DNA from: a virus
Direction: 5' to 3' (one strand)
Virus record (IMG/VR): IMGVR_UViG_3300045241_000059
Span: 1-43,218 of that record
Length of the DNA stretch: 43,218 nt
In this document: positions 8,729 to 16,847 of the stretch, in pieces
How the letters are laid out: the number at the start of each line of letters is the position of its first letter
Position numbering within the stretch: position 1 is the first letter of the stretch
The notes under the pieces: model-generated
Seen by the model: the letters and a program-made list of their open reading frames with translations, nothing else
What the model was told of the DNA's origin: nothing
Database searches by the model: none
Translations under genes and position numbers: made by a program

Positions 8729-9615
8729 GTGAAGGTCTGTGGAGCAGTAACGACAACGCCACCGGTCACCACTGTGATCGGCCAAGTGCCCGCCGTTGCC
8801 TTCTTGGGCATCGTCGCCGTGAGTGTGGTTGACGACACAAACACCGTCGGGATCGCCACGCCGTTGGCGTACACCACCGACTGGCGGGTGAAGCCGACGC
8901 CGGTCACCGCCGTCAGTGCGGTTGTCCCTGTACCCGACACCGCCGTGGTCGGTGCGATCGTCGTCAGGGTCGGGTTGGCTACTGGCGACAGGCTCGAGGC
9001 GTGCTGCGCATTGGGGCCGCCGGTCGCGATCCACGCGTAGGCGCCGAGATCGCTCACCATCACGGGTGGACCGCCCGCAGCGCCTTCCGCCCACGTCGGC
9101 GTCTGCCCAGTCGGCATGTAGGTCGAGGCCACCCCAGGGACGAGGACGGCCGCATTGTAGCCCGTCAGGTTCGCGCCCGTGCTCGGCCCCCAGGTCTGGG
9201 TCTCGGTGCCGGCGCCCTCGTGCGCCACGCTGGTCGAGGCCGGAACTGCACCGATCATATTCGGCGTATCAAACGGCGCCGTATCAGTGCCAGGATAGGT
9301 GTTCTCGGTGCCGCCGGAGGTCGCGCCCGTGCCACTCGCCAGCGCCGCGGTGTTGGTCGCAAACGTCCCGCGAGCTCCCCCCGTGCCGTCATCGAAGTAC
9401 GGCGGCGGGCTCTGGTTCACCCCGACACCGGGGATGGTCTGCACTGGCCGCCCATCCGTGTAGATCGACGGACTGGCGACCGCCGACAGGTTGAACGGGT
9501 TGAGATAGGAGTTCTTGGTATAATTCGGCGGATTAGGCGGAGTTGCGCCCGTGCAGCTGAAGTTGGTCGGCGGCGTCGGGTTCGGCGGCGTTACCGTCAG
9601 TGCGCTCTGTGCCAT
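8719..9615 (-). CDS. Hypothetical virion-module protein with a C-terminal IPT/TIG (Ig-like) domain
   Basis: 298 aa. The N-terminal part is P/T/G-rich. The C-terminal part reads PTLTTIAPTTAVSGTGTTALTAVTGVGFTRQSVVYANGV. Confidence 0.65.
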   Translation of the reverse strand: MAQSALTVTPPNPTPPTNFSCTGATPPNPPNYTKNSYLNPFNLSAVASPSIYTDGRPVQTIPGVGVNQSPPPYFDDGTGGARGTFATNTAALASGTGATSGGTENTYPGTDTAPFDTPNMIGAVPASTSVAHEGAGTETQTWGPSTGANLTGYNAAVLVPGVASTYMPTGQTPTWAEGAAGGPPVMVSDLGAYAWIATGGPNAQHASSLSPVANPTLTTIAPTTAVSGTGTTALTAVTGVGFTRQSVVYANGVAIPTVFVSSTTLTATMPKKATAGTWPITVVTGGVVVTAPQTFTWT

Positions 9616-9633
9616 GGTTCACTCCTTTAGTGT

Positions 9634-11958
9634 TTAGATGATTCCTGGTGGTGCCGTGCGCTGGGCTGCTTGAGTTTGGCGGAACTGCTGCGCAGCCATT
9701 CGCTCGCGCTGCCGCGCCGCCATATCGCTCTGTCGCGCCTGCGACTCCTGTTGCCGCATGCCGGCCTCTTGCTGATTGATATGGAAGTCGGCGACCCGCT
9801 CCATCATGTCGGCCTGGTGCTGCTCCTGTTCGTGCGCGGCCTGCTGGTCGGCCTGGAAAGCTTTGGCGGCGTTGTCGCCCTGCTTGCCTTGCAGCTTCAT
9901 GCCCTCGAGCCGCTGACTGTTCGCGAGCTTGAGCTTCTCCCAGTTGTCGCGCATCACCAGTTCTTGCTTCTTGAGCGCGGTATCGGCCCGGTCCTTCTCG
10001 GCCTGGCGCTGCTGCTTCATCTGCTCGATCTGAATGGCCGTCTTGTTGGTGGCGGTGGTCGGATCGTCGCCGCGCGGCTGGTCGGCCTTCGTCCGCATGG
10101 TTTCGGTCAGGTCATCGATCGCGCCGTCGAGTGCACGGCCGGCGCGATATGGCGCGCACGCAAATTTGAGCACCTCGCCGCAGAACTCGCCGGTGGCCGG
10201 ATCGGCCGCAAACATCTGGGTGAGCTGCGGCAGCAACTGGCTCAACATCCCCATGAACTCGGCGCGGCTTTGTTTCTCGGCCTGCTCGTCCACGATGATG
10301 GTGCTATCGGTCTCGATGTCGAGCACGAACGAGCGCAAGCGGTAGTCGTGCAGGAACGTGAGCACCTGATCGATGTTGGGGTGCTGGCCAATCTTGGCGA
10401 TAGTGTCCTGCCCGCTTTGAATTTGCTGCTGGGCCTGCGCGAGCATTTGCTTGGCCTGGTCGGGATTGCTTTGCGCGAGCTGCTGCGCTTGCGGCGTATT
10501 CTTCGCCTGCTGGAGCGCTTGCGTCTGTTGGGCGACCTGCCGTTGGACCAGCTCCACGGCCCGCTGTTGCATGACCTTCGTCGGCAATTGCGTCTGTGAC
10601 ATTTCGACGATGGTGGCGTCTTTGAACTTTTCGCAGATGATGTCGCCGGTGATGCAGACGAGATCGCGCGCGATCCGCGCCAATTCGTTTTGCTTGTCGC
10701 GCACGCGGCTCGAGCCATACGAGCTCTTGAGCGACTGCGCGCCATAGGTCTCGCGCGGGTCGGTCGAGCCGCGCATAATGTCGCTGAGCCCAACGATCTG
10801 GTAAATGTCGTTGATGACCTGGGTGCGCAGGTCCATGCACGTCTTGATCACCTCGGAGATCATGTCGATCGGCAGCCAGACAATGATCTCCTTGGTGCCG
10901 CCAAACGTCGCCCAGTTGGCAATCGGCACCAGCACGCGGCCAGGCGTTTTCATCTTGATCGCGGCCTCGACCGCCTCGGTCTTCTCGGCATCGCCGCTCG
11001 GATAAAACCCTTTGGCCTCGAGCACGTCGGAGAGCGCGTGGATTTTGCCAGTGAGCTTGTTGATCTCCTCGAGCTGGTCCTTGTACTGCAGCACGTCGGG
11101 CACCGGGATCAGTGAGCCGCGCTGAACGCTGCCGTAGGCCGGCTTCGGGCACGGGAAGTATCCCTGCAGGTCGAGGTGCGGGTCGTCCTCGTCGAGGATG
11201 TCTTCGCAGCCCTCCGAGACCCACACCACGCGCCGTGACGGCTTGTCCCAAATCTCCCAAAATTTTGCGCGCTCGCGGTTATCGGCGCCGCCGACCTCTT
11301 TGGCGTCGCGGTCGACCTTGTATTCGGCGGTCTGATAGGCGTCGCCAGAATACGTGGAAAACCGCTCGCGGGCTTCTGCGCGCGTCAGGTAGCTCGCGGC
11401 TGCGACCCACGTCACCTCGGGCCACGAGCGCGAGATGCTGTGCAAAAAGTCGCGGCGCTGCTTGACGTCGAAGCAGACCCGCTCGCCGTCGTAGTAGGAC
11501 TTCTTGCTCTTGCCGCCCTCGTAGCGGCACCACACCACGCCGCGGCTGACGAGCGCCAGGTCGTCGCGCACCTGCAGCATCGTCTCGTTGATGTAGGCGA
11601 GATCGAACGCCACCGTGGCGCAGCGCTCCAGCACCTCGCTCGCCTGCTGCACGACCGGCCGGCGATCTTTGAATTTCGGGACCACCACGGGGATCGGCGC
11701 CTGCGCGTAGATCGCGGGCTTAATGACCTCCATATTCGCCCAGAACATCTGAAATTCTTTGTCACGCCCCATCTGGGCGAGGCGCTCGAGGTTTGCATAC
11801 TGCTTGTCGATGCGGTCGCAGTGGTCGTTCCATTTCTCGAACGCGTCCTCGCTTTCCTTGAGCAGGTTGAGCCAGGCCAACGACTTCGTCGGCTCGAGTT
11901 GCGGGTTGTACTCGAGGTCGTCGTGGCGAATGTCGTCGTTGACGGGCTTATCGGTCAT
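9634..11958 (-). CDS. Portal protein
   Basis: 774 aa counted from ATG 11958, which forms an ATGA overlap with the TerL stop. N-terminus is MTDKPVNDDIRHDDLEYNPQ. The protein is large with a Q-rich coiled-coil C-terminus and sits directly after TerL. Confidence 0.8.
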   Translation of the reverse strand: MTDKPVNDDIRHDDLEYNPQLEPTKSLAWLNLLKESEDAFEKWNDHCDRIDKQYANLERLAQMGRDKEFQMFWANMEVIKPAIYAQAPIPVVVPKFKDRRPVVQQASEVLERCATVAFDLAYINETMLQVRDDLALVSRGVVWCRYEGGKSKKSYYDGERVCFDVKQRRDFLHSISRSWPEVTWVAAASYLTRAEARERFSTYSGDAYQTAEYKVDRDAKEVGGADNRERAKFWEIWDKPSRRVVWVSEGCEDILDEDDPHLDLQGYFPCPKPAYGSVQRGSLIPVPDVLQYKDQLEEINKLTGKIHALSDVLEAKGFYPSGDAEKTEAVEAAIKMKTPGRVLVPIANWATFGGTKEIIVWLPIDMISEVIKTCMDLRTQVINDIYQIVGLSDIMRGSTDPRETYGAQSLKSSYGSSRVRDKQNELARIARDLVCITGDIICEKFKDATIVEMSQTQLPTKVMQQRAVELVQRQVAQQTQALQQAKNTPQAQQLAQSNPDQAKQMLAQAQQQIQSGQDTIAKIGQHPNIDQVLTFLHDYRLRSFVLDIETDSTIIVDEQAEKQSRAEFMGMLSQLLPQLTQMFAADPATGEFCGEVLKFACAPYRAGRALDGAIDDLTETMRTKADQPRGDDPTTATNKTAIQIEQMKQQRQAEKDRADTALKKQELVMRDNWEKLKLANSQRLEGMKLQGKQGDNAAKAFQADQQAAHEQEQHQADMMERVADFHINQQEAGMRQQESQARQSDMAARQRERMAAQQFRQTQAAQRTAPPGII

Positions 11959-14156
11959 AGCCGCATCTCCCCAGCGCGCGGCTCGGGCGGCGGCGGGATG
12001 ATCACGCCCGTGGGCTGTCGGCTCGGCTTCGCCGTATGGCGCAGCCTCGGACGCCAGGCCATCGCCAGATAGCGGAAGGCATCGCAGTTTCTGACGACTG
12101 CGCCGTTGGCCAGGGAAAAACACTTAGCGTCGGGGACAGTCAGGCACCAGACATCATCGTGATAGTCCAGTTCTGTTACGCCTGCGATGGTTGGCTGCCT
12201 TGCAGTTAACACCGCAATAGACTTGCGAATGGCCGCTCTTGCGGACCAGAGCCATGAATGCCTTTCCACACTCAGGGCATGCTTTTCGCTTACGTTTCCA
12301 CTTAGTCCATCCCTTTGATCGCTTCGCGTGCCGGCTATGCCAAAGACGACCAGCCTCGGATCGGTGCCATGCCGCCGCGGCGTCGCGGGCGGGTTGACCG
12401 AATGTTCGCGGCTTCCCCTTACTGGTTCGCGACAAGTGCTCCGATGCCTCAACGCATTCGAGGTTGACCAGGGCATTGTTGGCCGGATCGGCATCGCGGT
12501 GGTGAATGTGACACCCTTCGGGAATAGGGCCAAAAGCAAGAGCCCAAACATCGCGATGGAGCTTCTTGCCACCGCGCGAATAGTAGACATCGCTCGGCCA
12601 CAGGCGGTAAAGCCCGCCATCGAAATACTGCGTGAGAGGGTCAAGGACGATCGGATCGGCGTATTGGGTGTGAGGGACGCGGCGGATTGCCAGCCGTCGA
12701 CCGTCGCGAACAAATGATCCGGCGTGCATTTTACCGAAAGTCCGTCGGCGAACGTGACCTCCACAAGTGGGGCACTTCTGCGCGTGATCCTCGGGTTCTG
12801 ATACGGCTTCCAGCCACATGGCGTTAGGACCTCTCCGGTTGGGGGGAGGTCTTTTATCTGATGCATTCCGTAACGTGTCAAGACGGCGGTATCACCGGTG
12901 AAGCACGCGTGACTGGTCCAGTCGTGCAGCGCGCTCTGGCGGAAGCATTTTTTCTCGTCGTTCCATTCGCGGCGATAGAGCTCGAGCGCATTGAGGCCGC
13001 TCAGCTCGCAGCGCGGGTGGAAGACACACAGCGGCAGCGTTTGGCGCGCAGCGTTGATGCCGTCCTCGACGGTGGCGTGCCGCACCAGCACGGGGCGCAA
13101 GCCCATGCTCTGCATGGTCTCGACGCGGGTGCGGCCCGAGCCCCATTCCTTGATCTTGGCGTCGTGCGGAACGTAGTCGACGCCGTGACGCCAGCCATGC
13201 TCCTGCTGGCGCTGCTCGATCACATCGCGATAGTGCTCGAGCCCAACGCCAGAGGCACAGTAGCAGTCGAGGATCAGCAGTTGACCGTTGCCGGCTGGCG
13301 TGAACCACCAGATCGAGGTGTCGTCGGTCACCCCAAGATCCCAGGCGCGATGCACCTCTTGGCCAGGCGGCACCTGGAACTGATCGGTGACGCGGCTCTC
13401 TTCGCGTACCGTTAACATTTCATGCGCGTAATAGGCGCCGAGCACGGCGGCGTTCCAGGACACGAGATATTCGGACTCGAATTGCGCCCTGCCGACGTCA
13501 AATCCGTAAAGCGATTGGTACTCCTCGAGCGCTTCGTCGAGTTGCTCCTCGCTCAGCACGCCGGTGTCGCGCGCGGTGAGGGATTGGTAAAACCAGCCCT
13601 TGGTCTTCGCGGCGTACTGCGCCAGGTCGTAGGCGTGGTTCCTGCCTCTCGGCGTCGTAATAAAAATCGCGGTGCCATTGTTCTCCTGCAGCATCGGCCG
13701 GTGGTAGGCCCACGCCGACGGATTGGAGAGCGCGTACTCCGAGTAGGTGATCAACTTTGGCGACGCCCCGACGGTGCTGTCGTATTTGTCCGAGCCGATG
13801 ATCTGCCAGGTGCTCCCGTTCTTTGCGAATCGGATAAACATCTCGTTGTCGTTGGTGGTCTCGCGCAGCTCTGGCGGAAATGCTTCATCGATGCGCCGCT
13901 TGCCGGTATGCGGGTTGACCGCGCTCCAGATCGCTTTGCGCCCTTGTGCGTATTCGGGCAGGCAGTGCCACGCGTTAATTCCTGTGTGTCGATGCATCTC
14001 GACCGCGGCGAAATGCATGGCGACTTCGTCCTTGCCGGCGCGCCGGTGCCACACCGCCATCGCACGCTTGCCGCCGGCCATGAGGTAATCCCATAGGCCT
14101 TCCTGGTACGGGCGCTCCGTCCAGTTATGGGGCAGCTGTAGGCGCGGCCGATCCAT
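11955..14156 (-). CDS. terL: Terminase large subunit interrupted by an intein (733-aa precursor, 460 aa after removal)
   Basis: The N-terminus carries an ATPase motif (AVWHRRAGKDE). The nuclease-domain sequence HDWTSHA...CDAFRYLA is split by Hint splicing blocks. Confidence 0.9.
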   Translation of the reverse strand: MDRPRLQLPHNWTERPYQEGLWDYLMAGGKRAMAVWHRRAGKDEVAMHFAAVEMHRHTGINAWHCLPEYAQGRKAIWSAVNPHTGKRRIDEAFPPELRETTNDNEMFIRFAKNGSTWQIIGSDKYDSTVGASPKLITYSEYALSNPSAWAYHRPMLQENNGTAIFITTPRGRNHAYDLAQYAAKTKGWFYQSLTARDTGVLSEEQLDEALEEYQSLYGFDVGRAQFESEYLVSWNAAVLGAYYAHEMLTVREESRVTDQFQVPPGQEVHRAWDLGVTDDTSIWWFTPAGNGQLLILDCYCASGVGLEHYRDVIEQRQQEHGWRHGVDYVPHDAKIKEWGSGRTRVETMQSMGLRPVLVRHATVEDGINAARQTLPLCVFHPRCELSGLNALELYRREWNDEKKCFRQSALHDWTSHACFTGDTAVLTRYGMHQIKDLPPTGEVLTPCGWKPYQNPRITRRSAPLVEVTFADGLSVKCTPDHLFATVDGWQSAASLTPNTPIRSSLTLSRSISMAGFTACGRAMSTIRAVARSSIAMFGLLLLALFPKGVTFTTAMPIRPTMPWSTSNALRHRSTCREPVRGSREHSVNPPATPRRHGTDPRLVVFGIAGTRSDQRDGLSGNVSEKHALSVERHSWLWSARAAIRKSIAVLTARQPTIAGVTELDYHDDVWCLTVPDAKCFSLANGAVVRNCDAFRYLAMAWRPRLRHTAKPSRQPTGVIIPPPPEPRAGEMRL
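12087..12905 (-). mobile_element. Intein (273 codons) in terL
   Basis: Block A is CFTGDTAVL, with Cys1 at 12905-12903. Block B is VKCTPDHLF. Blocks F/G are DVWCLTVPD and NGAVVRN, with the terminal Asn at 12089-12087 and a +1 Cys. Confidence 0.85.
12154..12819 (-). CDS. HNH endonuclease ORF nested in the intein, in the -1 frame
   Basis: 221 aa with GGKKLHRDVWALAFGPIPEGCHIHHRDADPANNALVNLECV and CPECGKAF...YCGVNCKAANHRRR. It has its own ATG at 12819, and GGAGAGG (12836-12830) lies 10 nt upstream. Confidence 0.75.
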   Translation of the reverse strand: MWLEAVSEPEDHAQKCPTCGGHVRRRTFGKMHAGSFVRDGRRLAIRRVPHTQYADPIVLDPLTQYFDGGLYRLWPSDVYYSRGGKKLHRDVWALAFGPIPEGCHIHHRDADPANNALVNLECVEASEHLSRTSKGKPRTFGQPARDAAAAWHRSEAGRLWHSRHAKRSKGWTKWKRKRKACPECGKAFMALVRKSGHSQVYCGVNCKAANHRRRNRTGLSR

Positions 14157-14460
14157 TGGCCTTCAGCTCCATTATGCGCGGATCGCTGCGCGGCTCGCGC
14201 TGGCGATAAACGATCTCCACAGTGATGGGACCTTGGCCGTCGATGTCGCGGTGCGCTTGCGCGGCCTTGCCCCAGCCGCGGTCGAGCAGGACCATGCAGG
14301 CGGCCACCCGCGCGCTTTCGCTTAAGCCGTTCTGTGCGATGCCGCCGAGCGTCCTGATCGCCAGATCGGTGTAGCCGCGGGCGAGCGTTGCTACGCTGAT
14401 CTCTTTGTGCGGCTTATGGATTGCCTTGCCGGCCTGCGGCCCGCTCTTCCGTGTCGCCAC
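14125..14460 (-). CDS. terS: Terminase small subunit
   Basis: 111 aa with a GTG start after GAGGG. The LLDRGWGKA motif is typical of TerS, and the gene sits immediately upstream of terL with an overlap. Confidence 0.6.
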   Translation of the reverse strand: MATRKSGPQAGKAIHKPHKEISVATLARGYTDLAIRTLGGIAQNGLSESARVAACMVLLDRGWGKAAQAHRDIDGQGPITVEIVYRQREPRSDPRIMELKANGSAAPTAAP

Positions 14461-14629
14461 CTGACCCTCGCATCAACTGGTCGACGTCGATGCGCAGCTG
14501 CTCGACCTGCGTCCGCAGCTCCCCGACTTCGTGCCGCGTGCTGCCAAGTGCTCGCACGAGAACGACCATGTCGGTACGCACGACCCGAAGCTCCGCGTCG
14601 ATCAAGCTGATCATCTTCGCGTTGGCCAT
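14414..14629 (-). CDS. Hypothetical coiled-coil protein
   Basis: 71-aa ORF with ATG start. It is the first gene after the att-like intergenic region. Confidence 0.45.
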   Translation of the reverse strand: MANAKMISLIDAELRVVRTDMVVLVRALGSTRHEVGELRTQVEQLRIDVDQLMRGSGGDTEERAAGRQGNP

Positions 14630-14716
14630 CGGGTTCGTCGCCTAAAGGGTCCAACCTCCTACTAGCGCCGCTTAAATGCAGAGCCCGCCCACGTCAAGGT
14701 ACAGGACGTGAACGGG

Positions 14717-14746
14717 CTCGGGTGGAAACTCGGGTGGTTTTTGTCA
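14717..14746. repeat. Direct repeat copy 1 (CTCGGGTGGAAACTCGGGTGGTTTTTGTCA), candidate integrase arm site
   Basis: Matches 14950-14979 at 29 of 30 positions. A third TCGGGTGG follows at 14750-14757. Confidence 0.6.
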
Positions 14747-14918
14747 AAATCGGGTGGTCTTACATGGTTTGTTCTTATTTTCTGGACTTCGCGCCGCCGC
14801 CGGAAACTAGACCCAACCCTTTGATAACATATGGTGTTTTTCCGGTCGGTGGTACTTGTTTGGCGTTTGCCATCAGCTTCTACGACTAACTCATGCTCGT
14901 TCGCAACTGTGCCGATGG

Positions 14919-16094
14919 CTATTGGCCTTTCACCAGTTTCAGACGACCACTCGGGTGGAAACTCGGGTGGTTCTTGTCACGCCAAGCGCTTTTGTCACGA
15001 GCTTGGCCGTCCATGGCCGCGCCCACCTCGGCGTCGGTGATGTGACCATAGAACCGCGCCACCATCTCGATGCCGGTGTGATCGAGCATGGTGGCGGCGA
15101 TCTTCAGATTGCCGGTGTCGCGCAGCACCCGCGTCGCCGCCGTGTGCCGCAGGTCGTGGAAGCGAATGTGCTTGAGCCCTGCCTTCGGCTGCAGGTCCCA
15201 CCACAGCGCCCGCAAGCCGGTCAGCGTGATCGGGTAGCGCCGCCCTTTGACGCGCGCACCGGTGCCGTCCTGGTTGGCGCGGCGGGTCTGCGTGGCGGCG
15301 TAGGTGAACACCTTCTCGGGGTGGTGACCTCGCAGCGGCTCCAGGATCGCCCGTACCTTCGGCGTGATCTGCACCCGTACCACCCGACCACCCTTGCCCA
15401 GCCACTCACACCAACCGGTGTCCCAATGCACGTTCCGCCACGACAGGCTCACACACTCCGCCTGCCGCTTGCCGGTCAATAGCGCAAAGTCAAACAGCGG
15501 TGCGTAGTCGGGCCGCAGCGCCGCATCGAGCCGCTCCACTTCGGCATCGCCCAGCTCGCGCCCAACCAAGCGCTCGCGCTCGTTTTGCACCTTGAGCCAC
15601 AGCTTGCGCCAGTTCGGCTCGACCGGAAACACCACGCGCTGCGCCCGACACCAGTTGAACACCTTGAGCAACTGCTCCGTCGTCAGGTTCACGGTCGCCG
15701 GCGCAATCAGGCGCTTCGTGCGCGGGACCTTCTCGCGCCGCCGCTTGGCGATCATCGCCACGACGTCCTCGTGCGTGATGTCGGTGATCAACTTACCGGG
15801 CCCGAAATGCGCGATCAGGAACTTGATGCGGGTCGCGTTGTTGGCGGCGCTCGTGCCCTTGAGGCGGTCCTCGATGTCGAGCAAGTAGCGGCAGCAAACT
15901 GCATCCAGTGTCAGCGATGTCCCCGCCGCCTCTTCAGCGCTACACCGTGCGGTCAACTCTTTTTCGATTTCTCCTGCTGCAATCTCAGCTTCGCGTCGGC
16001 TCGTTCTTTTTGTAGTGCGAGAAAACTTACGGCCCTTGATCCAGATCTCGCAGCGGTAGAATTTTGACCGCGGGTCTTTGTAGAGTGTGGCCAT
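14919..16094 (-). CDS. int: Tyrosine integrase
   Basis: Contains IRFHDLRHTAATR and the catalytic Tyr context VARFYGH. 391 aa. Confidence 0.92.
   Translation of the reverse strand: MATLYKDPRSKFYRCEIWIKGRKFSRTTKRTSRREAEIAAGEIEKELTARCSAEEAAGTSLTLDAVCCRYLLDIEDRLKGTSAANNATRIKFLIAHFGPGKLITDITHEDVVAMIAKRRREKVPRTKRLIAPATVNLTTEQLLKVFNWCRAQRVVFPVEPNWRKLWLKVQNERERLVGRELGDAEVERLDAALRPDYAPLFDFALLTGKRQAECVSLSWRNVHWDTGWCEWLGKGGRVVRVQITPKVRAILEPLRGHHPEKVFTYAATQTRRANQDGTGARVKGRRYPITLTGLRALWWDLQPKAGLKHIRFHDLRHTAATRVLRDTGNLKIAATMLDHTGIEMVARFYGHITDAEVGAAMDGQARDKSAWRDKNHPSFHPSGRLKLVKGQ
14950..14979. repeat. Direct repeat copy 2, inside the 3' end of int
   Basis: CTCGGGTGGAAACTCGGGTGGTTCTTGTCA, one mismatch relative to copy 1. 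Confidence 0.6.
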
Positions 16095-16291
16095 TTTCCT
16101 GGTGGTCCTCTCGTTTGTGTCCGGCGCGCCTTGAACGCCGCGATCTCTTCCTCGTCGAAACGCATGCGCGGGTTTTTGTCGCCGAGACCGACATTGACAA
16201 AGCTCAATAGTCCGCCGTGCACCAACAGCCGTACTTGCTGCTCGGTGACTTTGAGTTCTCTGGCGGCCTCTTTGGTTGTCAACAACTGCAT
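15953..16291 (-). CDS. xis: Excisionase-family helix-turn-helix protein
   Basis: MQLLTTKEAARELKVTEQQVRLLVHGGLLSFVNVG...RFDEEEIAAFKARR. The start was taken at internal ATG 16291. The 3' tail overlaps the int start. Confidence 0.6.
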   Translation of the reverse strand: MQLLTTKEAARELKVTEQQVRLLVHGGLLSFVNVGLGDKNPRMRFDEEEIAAFKARRTQTRGPPGKWPHSTKTRGQNSTAARSGSRAVSFLALQKERADAKLRLQQEKSKKS

Positions 16292-16304
16292 GACCGTTAT
16301 CCCC

Positions 16305-16571
16305 TTATTGTCGCTTCGGTCGCGGCTCGAAATATTTGCAGCTCGGCGTCCCCGCCGGCACCAGCGGAACGGGGCCTTTCTGCTGCGATAGCTTCTTTTG
16401 CATGTGGCAGGCCGCCGCCGCATGGCCGCCGCTCGCCCAATGGTCCTTCAAATAAAAGTCCCAATACACGCAATCGCGGCAGATCGTGCCGGCCGGCCCG
16501 GTGCCGGCGAAATGCGCCATGCCGCGCACGATAGTCGAACTGTCAGGAACGCCTGGGATACGCGTAAACAT
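16305..16571 (-). CDS. Hypothetical Cys-rich protein
   Basis: 88-aa ORF with ATG start, containing CRDCVYWDF...CHMQ...C. Confidence 0.45.
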   Translation of the reverse strand: MFTRIPGVPDSSTIVRGMAHFAGTGPAGTICRDCVYWDFYLKDHWASGGHAAAACHMQKKLSQQKGPVPLVPAGTPSCKYFEPRPKRQ

Positions 16572-16583
16572 CAGCGAGGTGCC

Positions 16584-16847
16584 CTAGTCGGTTCGTCCGC
16601 CCTGGTAGCTCATATCCATGCCGCAGCGCCGACACTTGCCGCTCAACCAACCGTTCTTGCTCGAGATCAGCACCCGCTCGTGCCGGCGGCAGGCATTGTG
16701 CCGCCGGCGCATCGCTTGCAGTCTGCGCACCCAAACCTGCGACTGCTCGTCCAGGCGCTCGATCTCGTCCTCGTTCAACCACAACACTGGCGTGTCGTAG
16801 ATTTCATGCAGGGACTTTTTCGTCGCCACCTTCCGCGCTGCCCTCAC
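16584..16847 (-). CDS. Hypothetical protein with a C-terminal CxxC pair
   Basis: 87-aa ORF whose GTG start overlaps the recT stop. Confidence 0.4.
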   Translation of the reverse strand: MRAARKVATKKSLHEIYDTPVLWLNEDEIERLDEQSQVWVRRLQAMRRRHNACRRHERVLISSKNGWLSGKCRRCGMDMSYQGGRTD

